Shown here piece by piece: positions 28,065 to 37,233 of a DNA stretch of 64,000 nt. The notes beneath the pieces are model-generated. The model ran no database searches, had not been told where the DNA came from, and saw only the letters and a list, made by a program, of their open reading frames with translations. The stretch is from positions 1,110,134 to 1,174,133 of the forward strand of contig CAVQDH010000002.1 in assembly GCA_963711215.1 (NCBI GenBank). Direction: 5' to 3'. Each line of letters opens with the position of its first letter. Position 1 is the stretch's first letter. The stretch is from an uncultured Alphaproteobacteria bacterium. Its GTDB lineage: Bacteria; Pseudomonadota; Alphaproteobacteria; UBA8366. The translations under genes and the position numbers were made by a program.

Positions 28065-29021
28065 CTATTTCAAGAAATTGGTGAGGGACAAATTCCCCAG
28101 CCGGGCAATGATCTCATACGATGATTGAATTTGGACCTGTTGGGAATTGAGCACGGTTATCGCCGTGGCGGTATCGACGTTCTCGATATCCCCGATCGAT
28201 TGCGTGACGAAGTTTATGTAGTTCTGATGTTGGGTCTTCTGGGCGTCGAGCTGATTCAGGTCAAGCGTCACGTCGCCCGCGATCTCGCCGATGGTTTTGT
28301 TGGCGCCGTTGTTATCGACGGCTTGGGTGAGGGTATCGGCGGCGTCGTTCAGCACCTGCTTTTCCGCCGCCGTGATCGGACTGCTGAACGTCATATGCGC
28401 GACGGTGTCGAGTGCGCGAATGATCTGCTCAAAGGCGGGCTGGTCGGCGGTGACGCCATACTGTACGACGGTGTTATCGTTGGTACGGACTTCTGAGACC
28501 GTCGAATCGCCCTGGTAATATCCGGTATCGGTGGTGGGGTCGAAGGGCGGCGGCGTCGGGGCCGTGTACACGCCGTTGGACAGATCGACCGGCTTGGTAT
28601 CGGTCTTGCTGCCGGAGAACAGGTAACGCGTGCCGTCCTGCAAATTCATGATGTCGGTAATCTGGCTGAGATATTGCTGCGCCAGCGCGGACAAATTGAC
28701 GGTGTTCGCCGCGTCGCCGTTCAAGTTGGAGCGGATCAGGGAGCGCATGTCGCGGGCCGTGCCGTCTATCTGTTCGAGGCCGAACTCCATCATGTTAAGG
28801 CGACCGGTCACCGTATCGATGTTGGTGACGTACTGCTGCGAGGTCGCGAGCTGGTCCTTGAGATTCGTGAGGCGGGAGGAATCCGGCGCGATGCCGCTGA
28901 AGGTCTGAGACTTCTTGCCAGTGGCGACCTGTAGCTGCGTGTCGGCATAGCGCGCCTGGTTGCGCAGCGTCGCCTCGAGGATGAGCTGCTGGTTCGTGAA
29001 GGTTCCAATCCGCGTTACCAT
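28065..29021 (-). CDS. flgL: Flagellar hook-filament junction protein FlgL (HAP3)
   Basis: 318 aa. Flagellin-like N-terminus (RIGTFTNQQLILEATLRNQARYADTQLQVATGKK). Lies directly after flgK. Confidence 0.85.
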   Translation of the reverse strand: MVTRIGTFTNQQLILEATLRNQARYADTQLQVATGKKSQTFSGIAPDSSRLTNLKDQLATSQQYVTNIDTVTGRLNMMEFGLEQIDGTARDMRSLIRSNLNGDAANTVNLSALAQQYLSQITDIMNLQDGTRYLFSGSKTDTKPVDLSNGVYTAPTPPPFDPTTDTGYYQGDSTVSEVRTNDNTVVQYGVTADQPAFEQIIRALDTVAHMTFSSPITAAEKQVLNDAADTLTQAVDNNGANKTIGEIAGDVTLDLNQLDAQKTQHQNYINFVTQSIGDIENVDTATAITVLNSQQVQIQSSYEIIARLGNLSLTNFLK

Positions 29022-29032
29022 GTCTCACCTTC

Positions 29033-31141
29033 CTACCGGATGACGTTCAACAGCTCATCCAGCATATCGGTCGACGTCGTGAGTACCCGTGCCGAGGCGT
29101 TGTAAGCCTGCTGGAGGATCACGAGATTCGCCAGCTCTTCGTCGATATTGACGCCTGAAACCGACGAATTGCGCGCGTCCAGCGACGTGAGAAGAGACTT
29201 GTTGAAATCGAGCTGGTTGGAGGCGTCCGACGCGCTCGTCGCCTGCAACGACAGGATGGACGAAGCGTAGGATGCAAAGGTGGTCGAGGTGTTGCTGAGG
29301 TCGCCGGTGGCGGAAAAGGTAGTGCTGGCGTTCAAGGCGCCGGCAAGGTCGGTGGCAATCGTTGCATCGCCTTCCGTAACGCCGGTGTCGCCGGCCGCCA
29401 GGCCGGCGGCGCTGCTCAGCTCGGCGCGCGCGATGCGCGCGGGATTGGCGAGGATGTCGCTGCGCACCGCCAAGACGTGGGACGCGCTTGTCGCGTCGGA
29501 TGTCATCTGCGTGGTCGACAGGAAGTTGCCCGAATCCGTGACGATGAAATTGTCCTGGTCGGCGTCCTGGACGATCAGCCGGCGGCCGCTGCCGTCGTTG
29601 ATGACCGAGGCGGCGATGTTTGCGCCGCTCAGGGTGGCGTTGCCGTTGATCGTCGCGGCGATATCTTCGAGGCTGTCGGTCGTCGCGTAGTTGGCCGTGG
29701 TGGAGACGCCGTTGGCGGTGAAGGTCAACGTGCCCGCGATGCCCATGGCCGACGTGCTGCTGCTGAGCTGGGCGGTGGAGAAGCTGCTGTACTGCGAGGG
29801 CGCCACGTTGGTTTGAAACAGGTCGTTCAAGCCCAGATATTGTGAAAGCCCGCGCGTCTCCGAGCCGACCACGGTGACGGCGCTGTCCATCTCGTTGATC
29901 GCGATCCCGTAGCCCGCCGCGCTCGCATTGATCACCACCTTTCCCGCGGAATTCAAGGAGGCGGACGCGTTCGTCATGCCGTTGATCGCGCTTACCACGT
30001 CGCCGACCGTGGTCAGCGCGCCGAGGGCGATGTCCTGCGTCTCGACGACGCTGCCGTCACTCTGGTTGATGACGGCGACGCGCACTGTCCCGGTCGCCGA
30101 CAGCACGTCGGCGCTGTTGAAGCTCTGCGAGCCGGTGAGGGTCGAGGGCGGCGGAAAGGCGGTGCCGGTGTTGTGCACCGCGTTGACCGAGTCCGCCATG
30201 GATTGCGACAGCTGGTCCAGCTCGCTCTGCAGGTTCGGCAGCTGCGTATCGCGCATGTCGATCAGCGCTTTGAGCTTTCCGCTCGCGATCTCGTTGGTGA
30301 TGTCGTCGGTTGCGGCCGTTCCGTTGAGAAATATCCCGGTGATGGCGCCCGGATAGGCGCTGTCGCCCGGGTCGACATAGCCGATGCTGGCGCTGACCTG
30401 CGTCGCCGCCGTGTGGGTCAGGTCGAATGCGGTCGCGCCGCTGACGAGCAGGCGGCTCGATCCGGTGTAGACGTCGACCGAGCCGTCGCTGCGGGGAAAT
30501 ACGTGGATGTCGATATTGTCGGCCACGTCGCCGAGCAGGCGGTCGCGCTCGTCTTGGAGCGCCGCCGTCGTCTGGCCGAGCGTGGTTGCCCGGCTGATCT
30601 GCGCATTGAGGTCGGCAATATTTTTCAGCTTGTCGTTGACCGTACTGACGATCTGCCCGATCTGCGTGTCGGCCTGCAGCCGAAGATTCTGTGACGTGCT
30701 GGCGAAGTTGTTGAAGAGGTCGGCCAGCTGGCTTGCGGCGCTGACGACACTCGACGAATTCGCGGCGAATTCCGGGGTGACCGCCAGCTGCTCGAAGGCG
30801 GTCTGGAGCGCGCTGATCTCGGCGGGGATCGTCTGGTTGTCTTCGGGCGTTCCGAAGAGGCTTTGAATCTGCTGCAGGAACTGGTCGCGAATGGTGTTAT
30901 CGCCGACGACGCTGCGCTGTCCGCGAAGCTGGGAGATGAGGAACTCGTCCACCTGGCGCGCGATCTCGCCGGTCTGCACGCCGGCGCCCTGGCCCGCGAG
31001 GGTCCGCGACTGGAGGTCCACCGTCTTGCGCGTATAGCCGGGCGTGCTCGCGTTGGCGACATTGTCGGACGTGACCTGCAATGCCGCCTGGGCGGCGTTC
31101 AGGCCGCTGAGGGCTGTGCGGATGGACAGGGTGATCGACAT
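29033..31141 (-). CDS. flgK: Flagellar hook-associated protein FlgK (HAP1)
   Basis: 702 aa. N-terminus SITLSIRTALSGLNAAQAALQVTSDNVANASTPGYTRK and C-terminus NIDEELANLVILQQAYNASARVLTT. Confidence 0.95.
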   Translation of the reverse strand: MSITLSIRTALSGLNAAQAALQVTSDNVANASTPGYTRKTVDLQSRTLAGQGAGVQTGEIARQVDEFLISQLRGQRSVVGDNTIRDQFLQQIQSLFGTPEDNQTIPAEISALQTAFEQLAVTPEFAANSSSVVSAASQLADLFNNFASTSQNLRLQADTQIGQIVSTVNDKLKNIADLNAQISRATTLGQTTAALQDERDRLLGDVADNIDIHVFPRSDGSVDVYTGSSRLLVSGATAFDLTHTAATQVSASIGYVDPGDSAYPGAITGIFLNGTAATDDITNEIASGKLKALIDMRDTQLPNLQSELDQLSQSMADSVNAVHNTGTAFPPPSTLTGSQSFNSADVLSATGTVRVAVINQSDGSVVETQDIALGALTTVGDVVSAINGMTNASASLNSAGKVVINASAAGYGIAINEMDSAVTVVGSETRGLSQYLGLNDLFQTNVAPSQYSSFSTAQLSSSTSAMGIAGTLTFTANGVSTTANYATTDSLEDIAATINGNATLSGANIAASVINDGSGRRLIVQDADQDNFIVTDSGNFLSTTQMTSDATSASHVLAVRSDILANPARIARAELSSAAGLAAGDTGVTEGDATIATDLAGALNASTTFSATGDLSNTSTTFASYASSILSLQATSASDASNQLDFNKSLLTSLDARNSSVSGVNIDEELANLVILQQAYNASARVLTTSTDMLDELLNVIR

Positions 31142-31168
31142 CGAATGGGTCCTACGGGGTGTCCGCCA

Positions 31169-31615
31169 TCAGAATGTCTCGTTCAACGACACCGGCATCA
31201 TGTCGGCGCCGATCGATACCTGCGTGCGGGCATAGGCCGCGCCGGTCTTGGTGTAGCCGGCAGCGGAAATGCGCTGGCGCTCGATCGAGCTGGCGATCGT
31301 TTGCACCAGCCGCCGGTTCAGCTCCATCGCGGCACGTAACGCATTGATATTACGGGTTGTTGCGTGATCGAGCTCGTCCTTGACAGCGAACAGGGTGCGC
31401 CGGTCGGCCGGGCCGGTCGCGGCAAGCAGCTCCGGATGTGCGCCGGCTTCCTTCATCACGAACTCATAGCGCGTGGCGGCGTTTTCTTTCACGTCATGCA
31501 ATTCCGTGACGCGGGTCAGCCTTACCTGTCCGAGCGCTTCGCTCTCCTCGTCGAGGACGGCGATCAGCGACTTGCTCGCCGTGACGAGCTCGCGGGTCAT
31601 CTCATTTGGTGTCAT
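31169..31615 (-). CDS. FlgN-like flagellar export chaperone candidate
   Basis: 148-aa helical protein between the rod-binding gene and flgK, the position FlgN occupies in related loci. The assignment rests on position only. Start at ATG 31615. Confidence 0.45.
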   Translation of the reverse strand: MTPNEMTRELVTASKSLIAVLDEESEALGQVRLTRVTELHDVKENAATRYEFVMKEAGAHPELLAATGPADRRTLFAVKDELDHATTRNINALRAAMELNRRLVQTIASSIERQRISAAGYTKTGAAYARTQVSIGADMMPVSLNETF

Positions 31616-31940
31616 TGCTCTGGACCTCCTGATGGCGGATGATTTCCCGCTGAACGGCGTCGGCGAGTCCGATACTGCTCCGCTCTGCGATCGATTTGCC
31701 GTATTCCTGCAGCAGCATCGACCGGAAGATCTTTTCTCCGTTGCCGCCGCCAAACAGGCCGTCGGTCTTGATGCCGGAGAACATGTCTTCAAGCGCCTTC
31801 GCGATGAAGAAGCCTTCAAACTCGACGGCCGCCTTGTGCGCCTTGTCGGGCGCCACCCGTTTCAGCTTGTCGGCGCTCGGCGTCTGCGCCGACCGCAGGC
31901 TCATTGCCGCCTGATCGAGAGAATTCAGCGGGTCCATCAC
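31602..31940 (-). CDS. Rod-binding protein (FlgJ N-terminal-domain-like, no muramidase domain)
   Basis: Motif AAVEFEGFFIAKALEDMF...MLLQEYGKSIA. ATGA overlap with the flgI stop. Confidence 0.75.
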   Translation of the reverse strand: MMDPLNSLDQAAMSLRSAQTPSADKLKRVAPDKAHKAAVEFEGFFIAKALEDMFSGIKTDGLFGGGNGEKIFRSMLLQEYGKSIAERSSIGLADAVQREIIRHQEVQSNDTK

Positions 31941-33103
31941 AGCACCTCTATTTCCGCCTGCAGCGCGCCCGCTGCCTTGATCGCTTGAAGGATGGTGATC
32001 AGGTCGCGCGGCCCGATACCGAGCGCGTTGATCCCGTTCACGAGCTCCTGCAGCGTCACGCCCCTGTCGAGAACGCCGAGCTTCTTGTCCGCGCTGTCGT
32101 CGACCTGGATGTTCGTCCGCGGCACGACGGTCGTGGTGCCGGTGTTGGAGAAGGGCTGTGGCTGCGACACTTGCGGCGTTTCGGTGATGCGGATCGTCAG
32201 GTTGCCCTGCGCGATCGCGACCGTGCTGATGCGGACATTGTCGCCCATCACGATCACGCCGGCCTGTTCGTCGATCACGACTTTGGCGACCTGATCGGGT
32301 TCGACACGCAGCTGTTCGACGTCGGTCAGCAATTCGACGACGGCGTGGCTATAGGTCTTCGGGATCCGGAGCTCGACCGTACCCGGATCGGTGACCCGGG
32401 CCGCCGTCTCGCCGACGAAAGCGTTGACCGCGCGGGATATCCGGCGCGCGGTGGTGAAATCCGGGTTGCGGAGCGAGAGCCGAACCTGCTTCATCGAAGC
32501 CAGCTCGAAGGGGATCTCGCGCTCGACGATCGCGCCATTCGGGATACGGCCGCTGGTCGGGACCCCTCTGGTGACGGACTGGGAGGCTCCCTTCGCGGAA
32601 AAGCCGCCGACCTGCAGATTTCCCTGGGCGACCGCATAGACCTCGCCGTCAGCGCCCAGGAGCGGCGTGACGAGAAGGGTGCCGCCCATCAGGTTCTTGG
32701 CATCGCCCAAGGCGGCGACGCTCACGTCGATGCGATTGCCTTGGCGGGAGAAGGCCGGCAGCGTGGCAGTGACCATGACCGCGGCGACGTTGTTGGTCTT
32801 AAGCTTGGTGTCGCGGGCGTTGACCCCGAGACGCTCGAGCATGCCGATCAGGCTTTCCTTGGTGAAAATCGCGTTGGTCAGGGTGTCGCCGGTTCCGTTG
32901 AGGCCGACCACGAGGCCATAGCCCACCAGCAGGTTCTCGCGGACGCCTTCGAAGTCCACGATGTCCTTGATGCGCGACTGTGCGGCCGCGGGCGCGGCGA
33001 GCATCGCCACCAGCGGAAGCATGGCGAGAAACACCAGCCAGCGCCCGACTCGAATGGGGCGCCGGGCGTGTTCCCGGCTCGAATGGTTTACGGTCCGCGT
33101 CAT
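31937..33103 (-). CDS. flgI: Flagellar P-ring protein FlgI
   Basis: Signal peptide followed by RIKDIVDFEGVRENLLVGYGLVVGLNGTGD; 388 aa. Confidence 0.95.
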   Translation of the reverse strand: MTRTVNHSSREHARRPIRVGRWLVFLAMLPLVAMLAAPAAAQSRIKDIVDFEGVRENLLVGYGLVVGLNGTGDTLTNAIFTKESLIGMLERLGVNARDTKLKTNNVAAVMVTATLPAFSRQGNRIDVSVAALGDAKNLMGGTLLVTPLLGADGEVYAVAQGNLQVGGFSAKGASQSVTRGVPTSGRIPNGAIVEREIPFELASMKQVRLSLRNPDFTTARRISRAVNAFVGETAARVTDPGTVELRIPKTYSHAVVELLTDVEQLRVEPDQVAKVVIDEQAGVIVMGDNVRISTVAIAQGNLTIRITETPQVSQPQPFSNTGTTTVVPRTNIQVDDSADKKLGVLDRGVTLQELVNGINALGIGPRDLITILQAIKAAGALQAEIEVL

Positions 33104-33143
33104 CTTGACCGGCGTGCTGCCCTATTGTTTCCCTAGGGTCTGT

Positions 33144-33287
33144 AGCGAACGCCGTGCCAAAGCAGGGTCATAAGGTGAAATAATAAATCATTGATATATA
33201 ATGTGAAAATACCATATCGGCCGGGCAGGAGCGCGGTGCGCGGGGCCGCTTCGGCAAGCGCTGCCGGGCGCACCGGCAAAGATTTCC
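33144..33287 (-). promoter_or_regulatory. Sigma-54 promoter module for the flgI operon (shared with the divergent fliX)
   Basis: Minus strand TGGCACGGCGTTCGCT (33159-33144). IHF consensus TATCAATGATTTA (33197-33185). Palindromes GGCAAGCGCTGCC (33253-33265) and GGCAAAGATTTCC (33275-33287), centres 22 bp apart. Confidence 0.55.
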
Positions 33288-33358
33288 ATTGGTGGGGTGC
33301 CGGGGGCCGGCCGCGCGTTCTGGTTCAATTCTCAGGGGAAATGAGCTAAGGTCCTGGC

Positions 33359-33788
33359 ATGAAAATTGACCGTACGGGCCCGGTCCGGCCGACCTCTCCC
33401 GCCAAGCGGGGCGAGAAGGCCGGAAAGGCCCAGGGCAGCAGCTTTTCGCAACATCTGAAAACCGGGTCCTGAAGCGGTCGCGGGCGCCGTCGCGCCAAGC
33501 CCCGTCAGTACGGTGGACGCCCTTCTGTCAATCCAGGAAGTTGCGGATTCGACGACCGGGCAATCGAAGTCACGAGCCCGAAAGTGGGGCAATGACGTCC
33601 TTGACCAGCTCGAGCAAATTCGCATCGGCCTCATCGGCGGCGTCATTCCGCGTCACGAGCTCGAACGGATCGCCGCCATGGTCGACGGACAGCGGGAGCG
33701 CACGGACGATCCCGCGCTGGAAATGATCCTCGACGAGATCGAGCTGAGGGCGAAAGTGGAGCTGGCCAAGCTGGACCGCACGCCGTAG
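33359..33788 (+). pseudogene. fliX: Class II flagellar assembly regulator FliX, one frame break (possible artefact)
   Basis: ATG at 33359 opens MKIDRTGPVRPTSPAKRGEKAGKAQGSSFSQHLK, then hits a TGA. The conserved part (VDALLSIQEV...DPALEMILDEIELRAKVELAKL) is in the next frame. Removing one A from AAAA at 33458-33461 joins them. Length is 3n+1. Confidence 0.7.
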
Positions 33789-33867
33789 AAGGAGCGTCGT
33801 CAGGCGCACGTCTGGTGAGCGGGCGGCGGGCAAATCCCTTGCTCAAAATATCTTCATTTCCTGAGGC

Positions 33868-33896
33868 TTGCTAGACCCCTGTCTGGCCATTATATT
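33868..33896 (+). promoter_or_regulatory. Sigma-70-type promoter candidate for dksA
   Basis: TTGCTA-N17-TATATT, about 40 nt upstream of the dksA ATG. Confidence 0.4.
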
Positions 33897-33936
33897 CCGC
33901 GCCGCTTGCATTTTGGTACCGTGCCGGGAGTGACAT

Positions 33937-34356
33937 ATGGCGAACCCATTGCTGCCGCCCGACTATAGGCCAAGCGAAGACGAAGAGTTCATGAATCCGC
34001 GCCAGCGGGAATATTTTCGCCAGAAACTGCATTCCTGGCGGGCCGAGCTGCTGCGTGAATCCAACGAGACGTTGAGAAATCTGCAAAGTGAGAGCCTGGC
34101 GGTGCCCGATATGGCCGATCGCGCCACGAAGGAGACGGATCGCGCGCTCGAGCTGCGCACCCGCGACCGCCAGCGCAAGCTGATCACCAAGATCGACGAG
34201 GCGCTGCAGCGGATCGACGAAGGGACCTACGGCTATTGCGAGGAAACCGACGAGCCCATCTCGCTGCGCCGCTTGGAGGCGAGGCCGATCGCTACGCTGA
34301 GCCTCGAGGCCCAGGAGCGGCACGAGCGCATGGAGCGCACCCGCCGCGACGACTAG
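33937..34356 (+). CDS. dksA: RNA polymerase-binding transcription factor DksA (degenerate zinc finger)
   Basis: 139 aa. Coiled-coil DxxDxA tip region (DMADRATKETD). C-terminal GYCEETDEPISLRRLEARPIATLSLEAQE retains only 1 of the 4 canonical Cys. Confidence 0.9.
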   Translation: MANPLLPPDYRPSEDEEFMNPRQREYFRQKLHSWRAELLRESNETLRNLQSESLAVPDMADRATKETDRALELRTRDRQRKLITKIDEALQRIDEGTYGYCEETDEPISLRRLEARPIATLSLEAQERHERMERTRRDD

Positions 34357-34519
34357 ATCAATCTGCAATCAGGTGGAATCCACCCGATTGCAGGTAAATT
34401 GATCGATTCTAAAAAGATAGAGCAACTTATCTGCGTCCAATAGGACGCAGGTTGCTCTAGTCTCTCACCCGGTTGAGAAACGATAGAGGCCGATGTCCCG
34501 TGGGGGGAGCATCGGCCTC
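34357..34519. other. Three consecutive long stem-loops between convergent dksA and flgH
   Basis: 34357-34403 nested hairpin (ATCAAT/CTGCAATC/GGTGG arms). 34419-34458: 8+8-bp stem (AGAGCAAC..CTGCGTCC / GGACGCAG..GTTGCTCT). 34486-34519: 10-bp stem GAGGCCGATG/CATCGGCCTC with T-rich flanks on both strands. Confidence 0.6.
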
Positions 34520-34618
34520 GTCGTTTGCGCCGTCCTCGCGCGTTGGGGAGGAGGAGAGGATCAGGACGGTCGCAAATCTCGTAAATCTGTTCCTTTCATG
34601 CCGTCATCCGCGGTCCCG

Positions 34619-35381
34619 TTAGAACGGGAACAGGATGTCGATGAGCTGCTGGCCGTAGCGCGGCTGCTGTACGTCCGTCATGTGGCCCCGTCCGCCGTAG
34701 GACAGCCGCGCTTCGGCGATCTTTTCGTAGGAAACGGTGTTCGTGCTGTCGATGTCCTCCGGCCGGATGATGCCCATGATCTGGAGCTCGCGGACCTCGT
34801 AATTGACCCGCGTCTCCTGCTGGCCGAGGATCACCATGTTCCCGTTCGGCAGGAGCTGGGTCACGACGGCGGCCAGCTTGAGCTGGATCTTCTCGGTGCG
34901 GTTGATGCTCGCATCGCCCTTCGATTTGGCCTGGGATGAGAGCGAGAGCAGGTTCGCCGGATCGACCGCGTCGGGCAGAACCTTGTTCAGCATCGTCTCG
35001 TAGCCGAGAAGGGCCGGGGAATCGGCCCCCTCGCTGTTGTCCCGGGTTCGCTGGGTGGTATTGGCCAGTTGCCCCTTGTCGTTGATGTCGATCAGCACCG
35101 TGACGAGGTCGCCAACGCGGGTGGCGCGGAGATCCTTGAAGAAAGCCCGAGATCCGGCGCGCCAGAGCGAGTTGGGCTCGCGGTGCGGCGACAGGGGCGC
35201 CGGCATCGGCATGCTGACGGGCTTATAGCCGCGCTGCTGGACCGGATTCACGATTCCGTTCAACTTCGGCTCGGCGCCGACGTCGGCAAGCCGCTCCAGC
35301 GTATTGCAGCCCGTCAGCGCCGTCCCGGCCAGCAGGAGGCAGGCAATCGTTGCGTGGCGTTTTCGGTATCGTCAGCGACAT
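34619..35381 (-). pseudogene. flgH: Flagellar L-ring lipoprotein FlgH, frame break within the first codons (possible artefact)
   Basis: The main frame encodes RYRKRHATIACLLLAGTALTGC (lipobox LTGC) and a full FlgH but has no start codon. The only ATG (35381, overlapping the flgA end) is in another frame. Length is 3n+1. Confidence 0.8.
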
Positions 35382-36364
35382 TTCGCACACTGCGCCACGG
35401 GCTGGGTGAGCGCCAGCACGGCGACCGCGTTGGGTCCGGTAACGACCGCGTCGACCATCTTGCCGCTACTCGCGTTTTGCACCCGGATCGTATCGCCCTT
35501 CGTGCCGCTCTCGCGCGCCTTGCCATGGGCCGTGATCACCAGGTTCTTGGTGCGATAGACCATGGTGACGATGCTGTTGCGGGCCACCAATTGCGGCTCG
35601 CGAACGTCGGAAGCGTTGAGCGGCTTCCCGTTTTGGAGCGAGCGGCGCGCGCTCTTGCCGATCAGCTGGTCGGGCGCGGTTATGACATTCGTGCCGACAA
35701 AGTCGGCGCGCACGAGCTGCATTTGAACGTCATCCTTGTCGATCATCTCGCCGGAACGCAGACGCCGCGTCAGCATCGGGACGTCGATCATTTCGTGGAT
35801 GCGGCCGGCGACGGGCACGACGACTGCGCCGGGCCGGTCGTCCGGCGCGACCAGCGTCGCCGAAAACCTGCCGTCATAGGTGTCGAAGCGTAGATGCTTG
35901 ATCGTGACGGCCGAGGGCATGCTGGTCGGCAGATGGAGCTCCAGGTCCGGGTTGTCGGTGGCGACCTCGAACTGCTTGCCGGCGCCGACCTGGTCTTGCA
36001 GGGCTTTGTGCAGCGCAGCGAGGATCTGGTCCCGTCGGACGCGATTGCTGCTGCGTTCGACGCGGCTTTCGTCCAGTCCCGGTGCTGGATGCCAGTCGAG
36101 ACCATAGGCGTTGGCGACCTGGCGTAGCCATGTTCCGTTCAGCACGACGCTCTGTCCCGGCTCCGGGGCATGGAACAGGGCAATGCCGCCCTTCTCGCCG
36201 ACGCCGTCGAAGACGTCCCGCAGCCGGACCGTCGCGTCATGGACGACGGCATAGGGGCGCAGGGTGACGGCTTCGGCGCGGCCCGCTGCAGCCGCCAGGA
36301 GAATTCCGACCACCAGGGCGAACAGGGCGGCGAAGGGTCGTGAGGAGGCGCGCTTTCGGTTCAT
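35372..36364 (-). CDS. flgA: Flagellar P-ring assembly chaperone FlgA
   Basis: Signal peptide. SAF-like C-terminal region (GKSARRSLQNGKPLNASDV...VTMVYRTKNLVITAHGKARESGTKGDTIRVQN). Lies between flgG and flgH. Confidence 0.8.
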   Translation of the reverse strand: MNRKRASSRPFAALFALVVGILLAAAAGRAEAVTLRPYAVVHDATVRLRDVFDGVGEKGGIALFHAPEPGQSVVLNGTWLRQVANAYGLDWHPAPGLDESRVERSSNRVRRDQILAALHKALQDQVGAGKQFEVATDNPDLELHLPTSMPSAVTIKHLRFDTYDGRFSATLVAPDDRPGAVVVPVAGRIHEMIDVPMLTRRLRSGEMIDKDDVQMQLVRADFVGTNVITAPDQLIGKSARRSLQNGKPLNASDVREPQLVARNSIVTMVYRTKNLVITAHGKARESGTKGDTIRVQNASSGKMVDAVVTGPNAVAVLALTQPVAQCAKCR

Positions 36365-36390
36365 GGTGTTTCAGCTATCCCCATGGCTGC

Positions 36391-37176
36391 CTAGCGAAGG
36401 TTCGACAGTGTCGCCATCATCTGGTCCGAGGTCTCGATGACCTTGGAGTTCATCTCATAGGCTCGCTGGGCGGTGATGAGGTTGGTAACCTCTTCCACCA
36501 CGTTGACATTCGACGTCTCGAGGAAGCCCTGCTGTATCTTCCCGATGCCGTCGCCGCCCGGCACGCCGGTCGTCGGCGCGCCTGATGCGGGGGTTTCCAG
36601 ATAAAGATTTTCGCCGATCGCCAGCAGGCCGGCTTCGTTGGCAAACGTCGCCAGCTGGAGCTGGCCGACCGTCTGGGGCGCGACCTGGCCGTCGATCTTG
36701 ACCTGCACCTGGCCGGTGGAATCGATCGTGATGTCCGTCGCATTGGCCGGGATGGTGATATTCGGCTGAACCTGGAACCCGTCGACGGTCACGATGTTGC
36801 CGGTATCGCTGAGCTGGAAGGCGCCCGCGCGCGTATACGCGGTGTCGCCGTTGGGCAGCGTGATCTGGAAATAGCCCCGGCCGTTGATCGCCGTATCCAG
36901 GCTGTTTTCGGTCTGCGTCAGGCTGCCCTGCGTCGTGATGCGGTAGACGGCGGCGGTCTGGACGCCGAGACCGAGCTGCACGCCGACGGGGACAAGCGAT
37001 CCGTCGTCCGCGGATTGCGCGCCCGTTCGCCGCAGGTTCTGATAGAGAAGGTCCTGGAATTCGACTCGTCGCCGCGTGTACGCGGTGGTGTTCATGTTCG
37101 CGATGTTGTGCGAAATGACTTCCACGTTGAGCTGTTGAGCCAGCATTCCCGTGGCGCCGATGCTGAGTGACCGCAT
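36391..37176 (-). CDS. flgG: Flagellar distal rod protein FlgG
   Basis: 261 aa. MRSLSIGATGMLAQQLNVEVISHNIANMNTTAYTRR ... TAQRAYEMNSKVIETSDQM. Confidence 0.95.
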   Translation of the reverse strand: MRSLSIGATGMLAQQLNVEVISHNIANMNTTAYTRRRVEFQDLLYQNLRRTGAQSADDGSLVPVGVQLGLGVQTAAVYRITTQGSLTQTENSLDTAINGRGYFQITLPNGDTAYTRAGAFQLSDTGNIVTVDGFQVQPNITIPANATDITIDSTGQVQVKIDGQVAPQTVGQLQLATFANEAGLLAIGENLYLETPASGAPTTGVPGGDGIGKIQQGFLETSNVNVVEEVTNLITAQRAYEMNSKVIETSDQMMATLSNLR

Positions 37177-37233
37177 TGTGCTCTATCCGTCTTTCGTCAT
37201 CTGTTGCGACGTTCGCTCTTCGCCGGGAATCCG

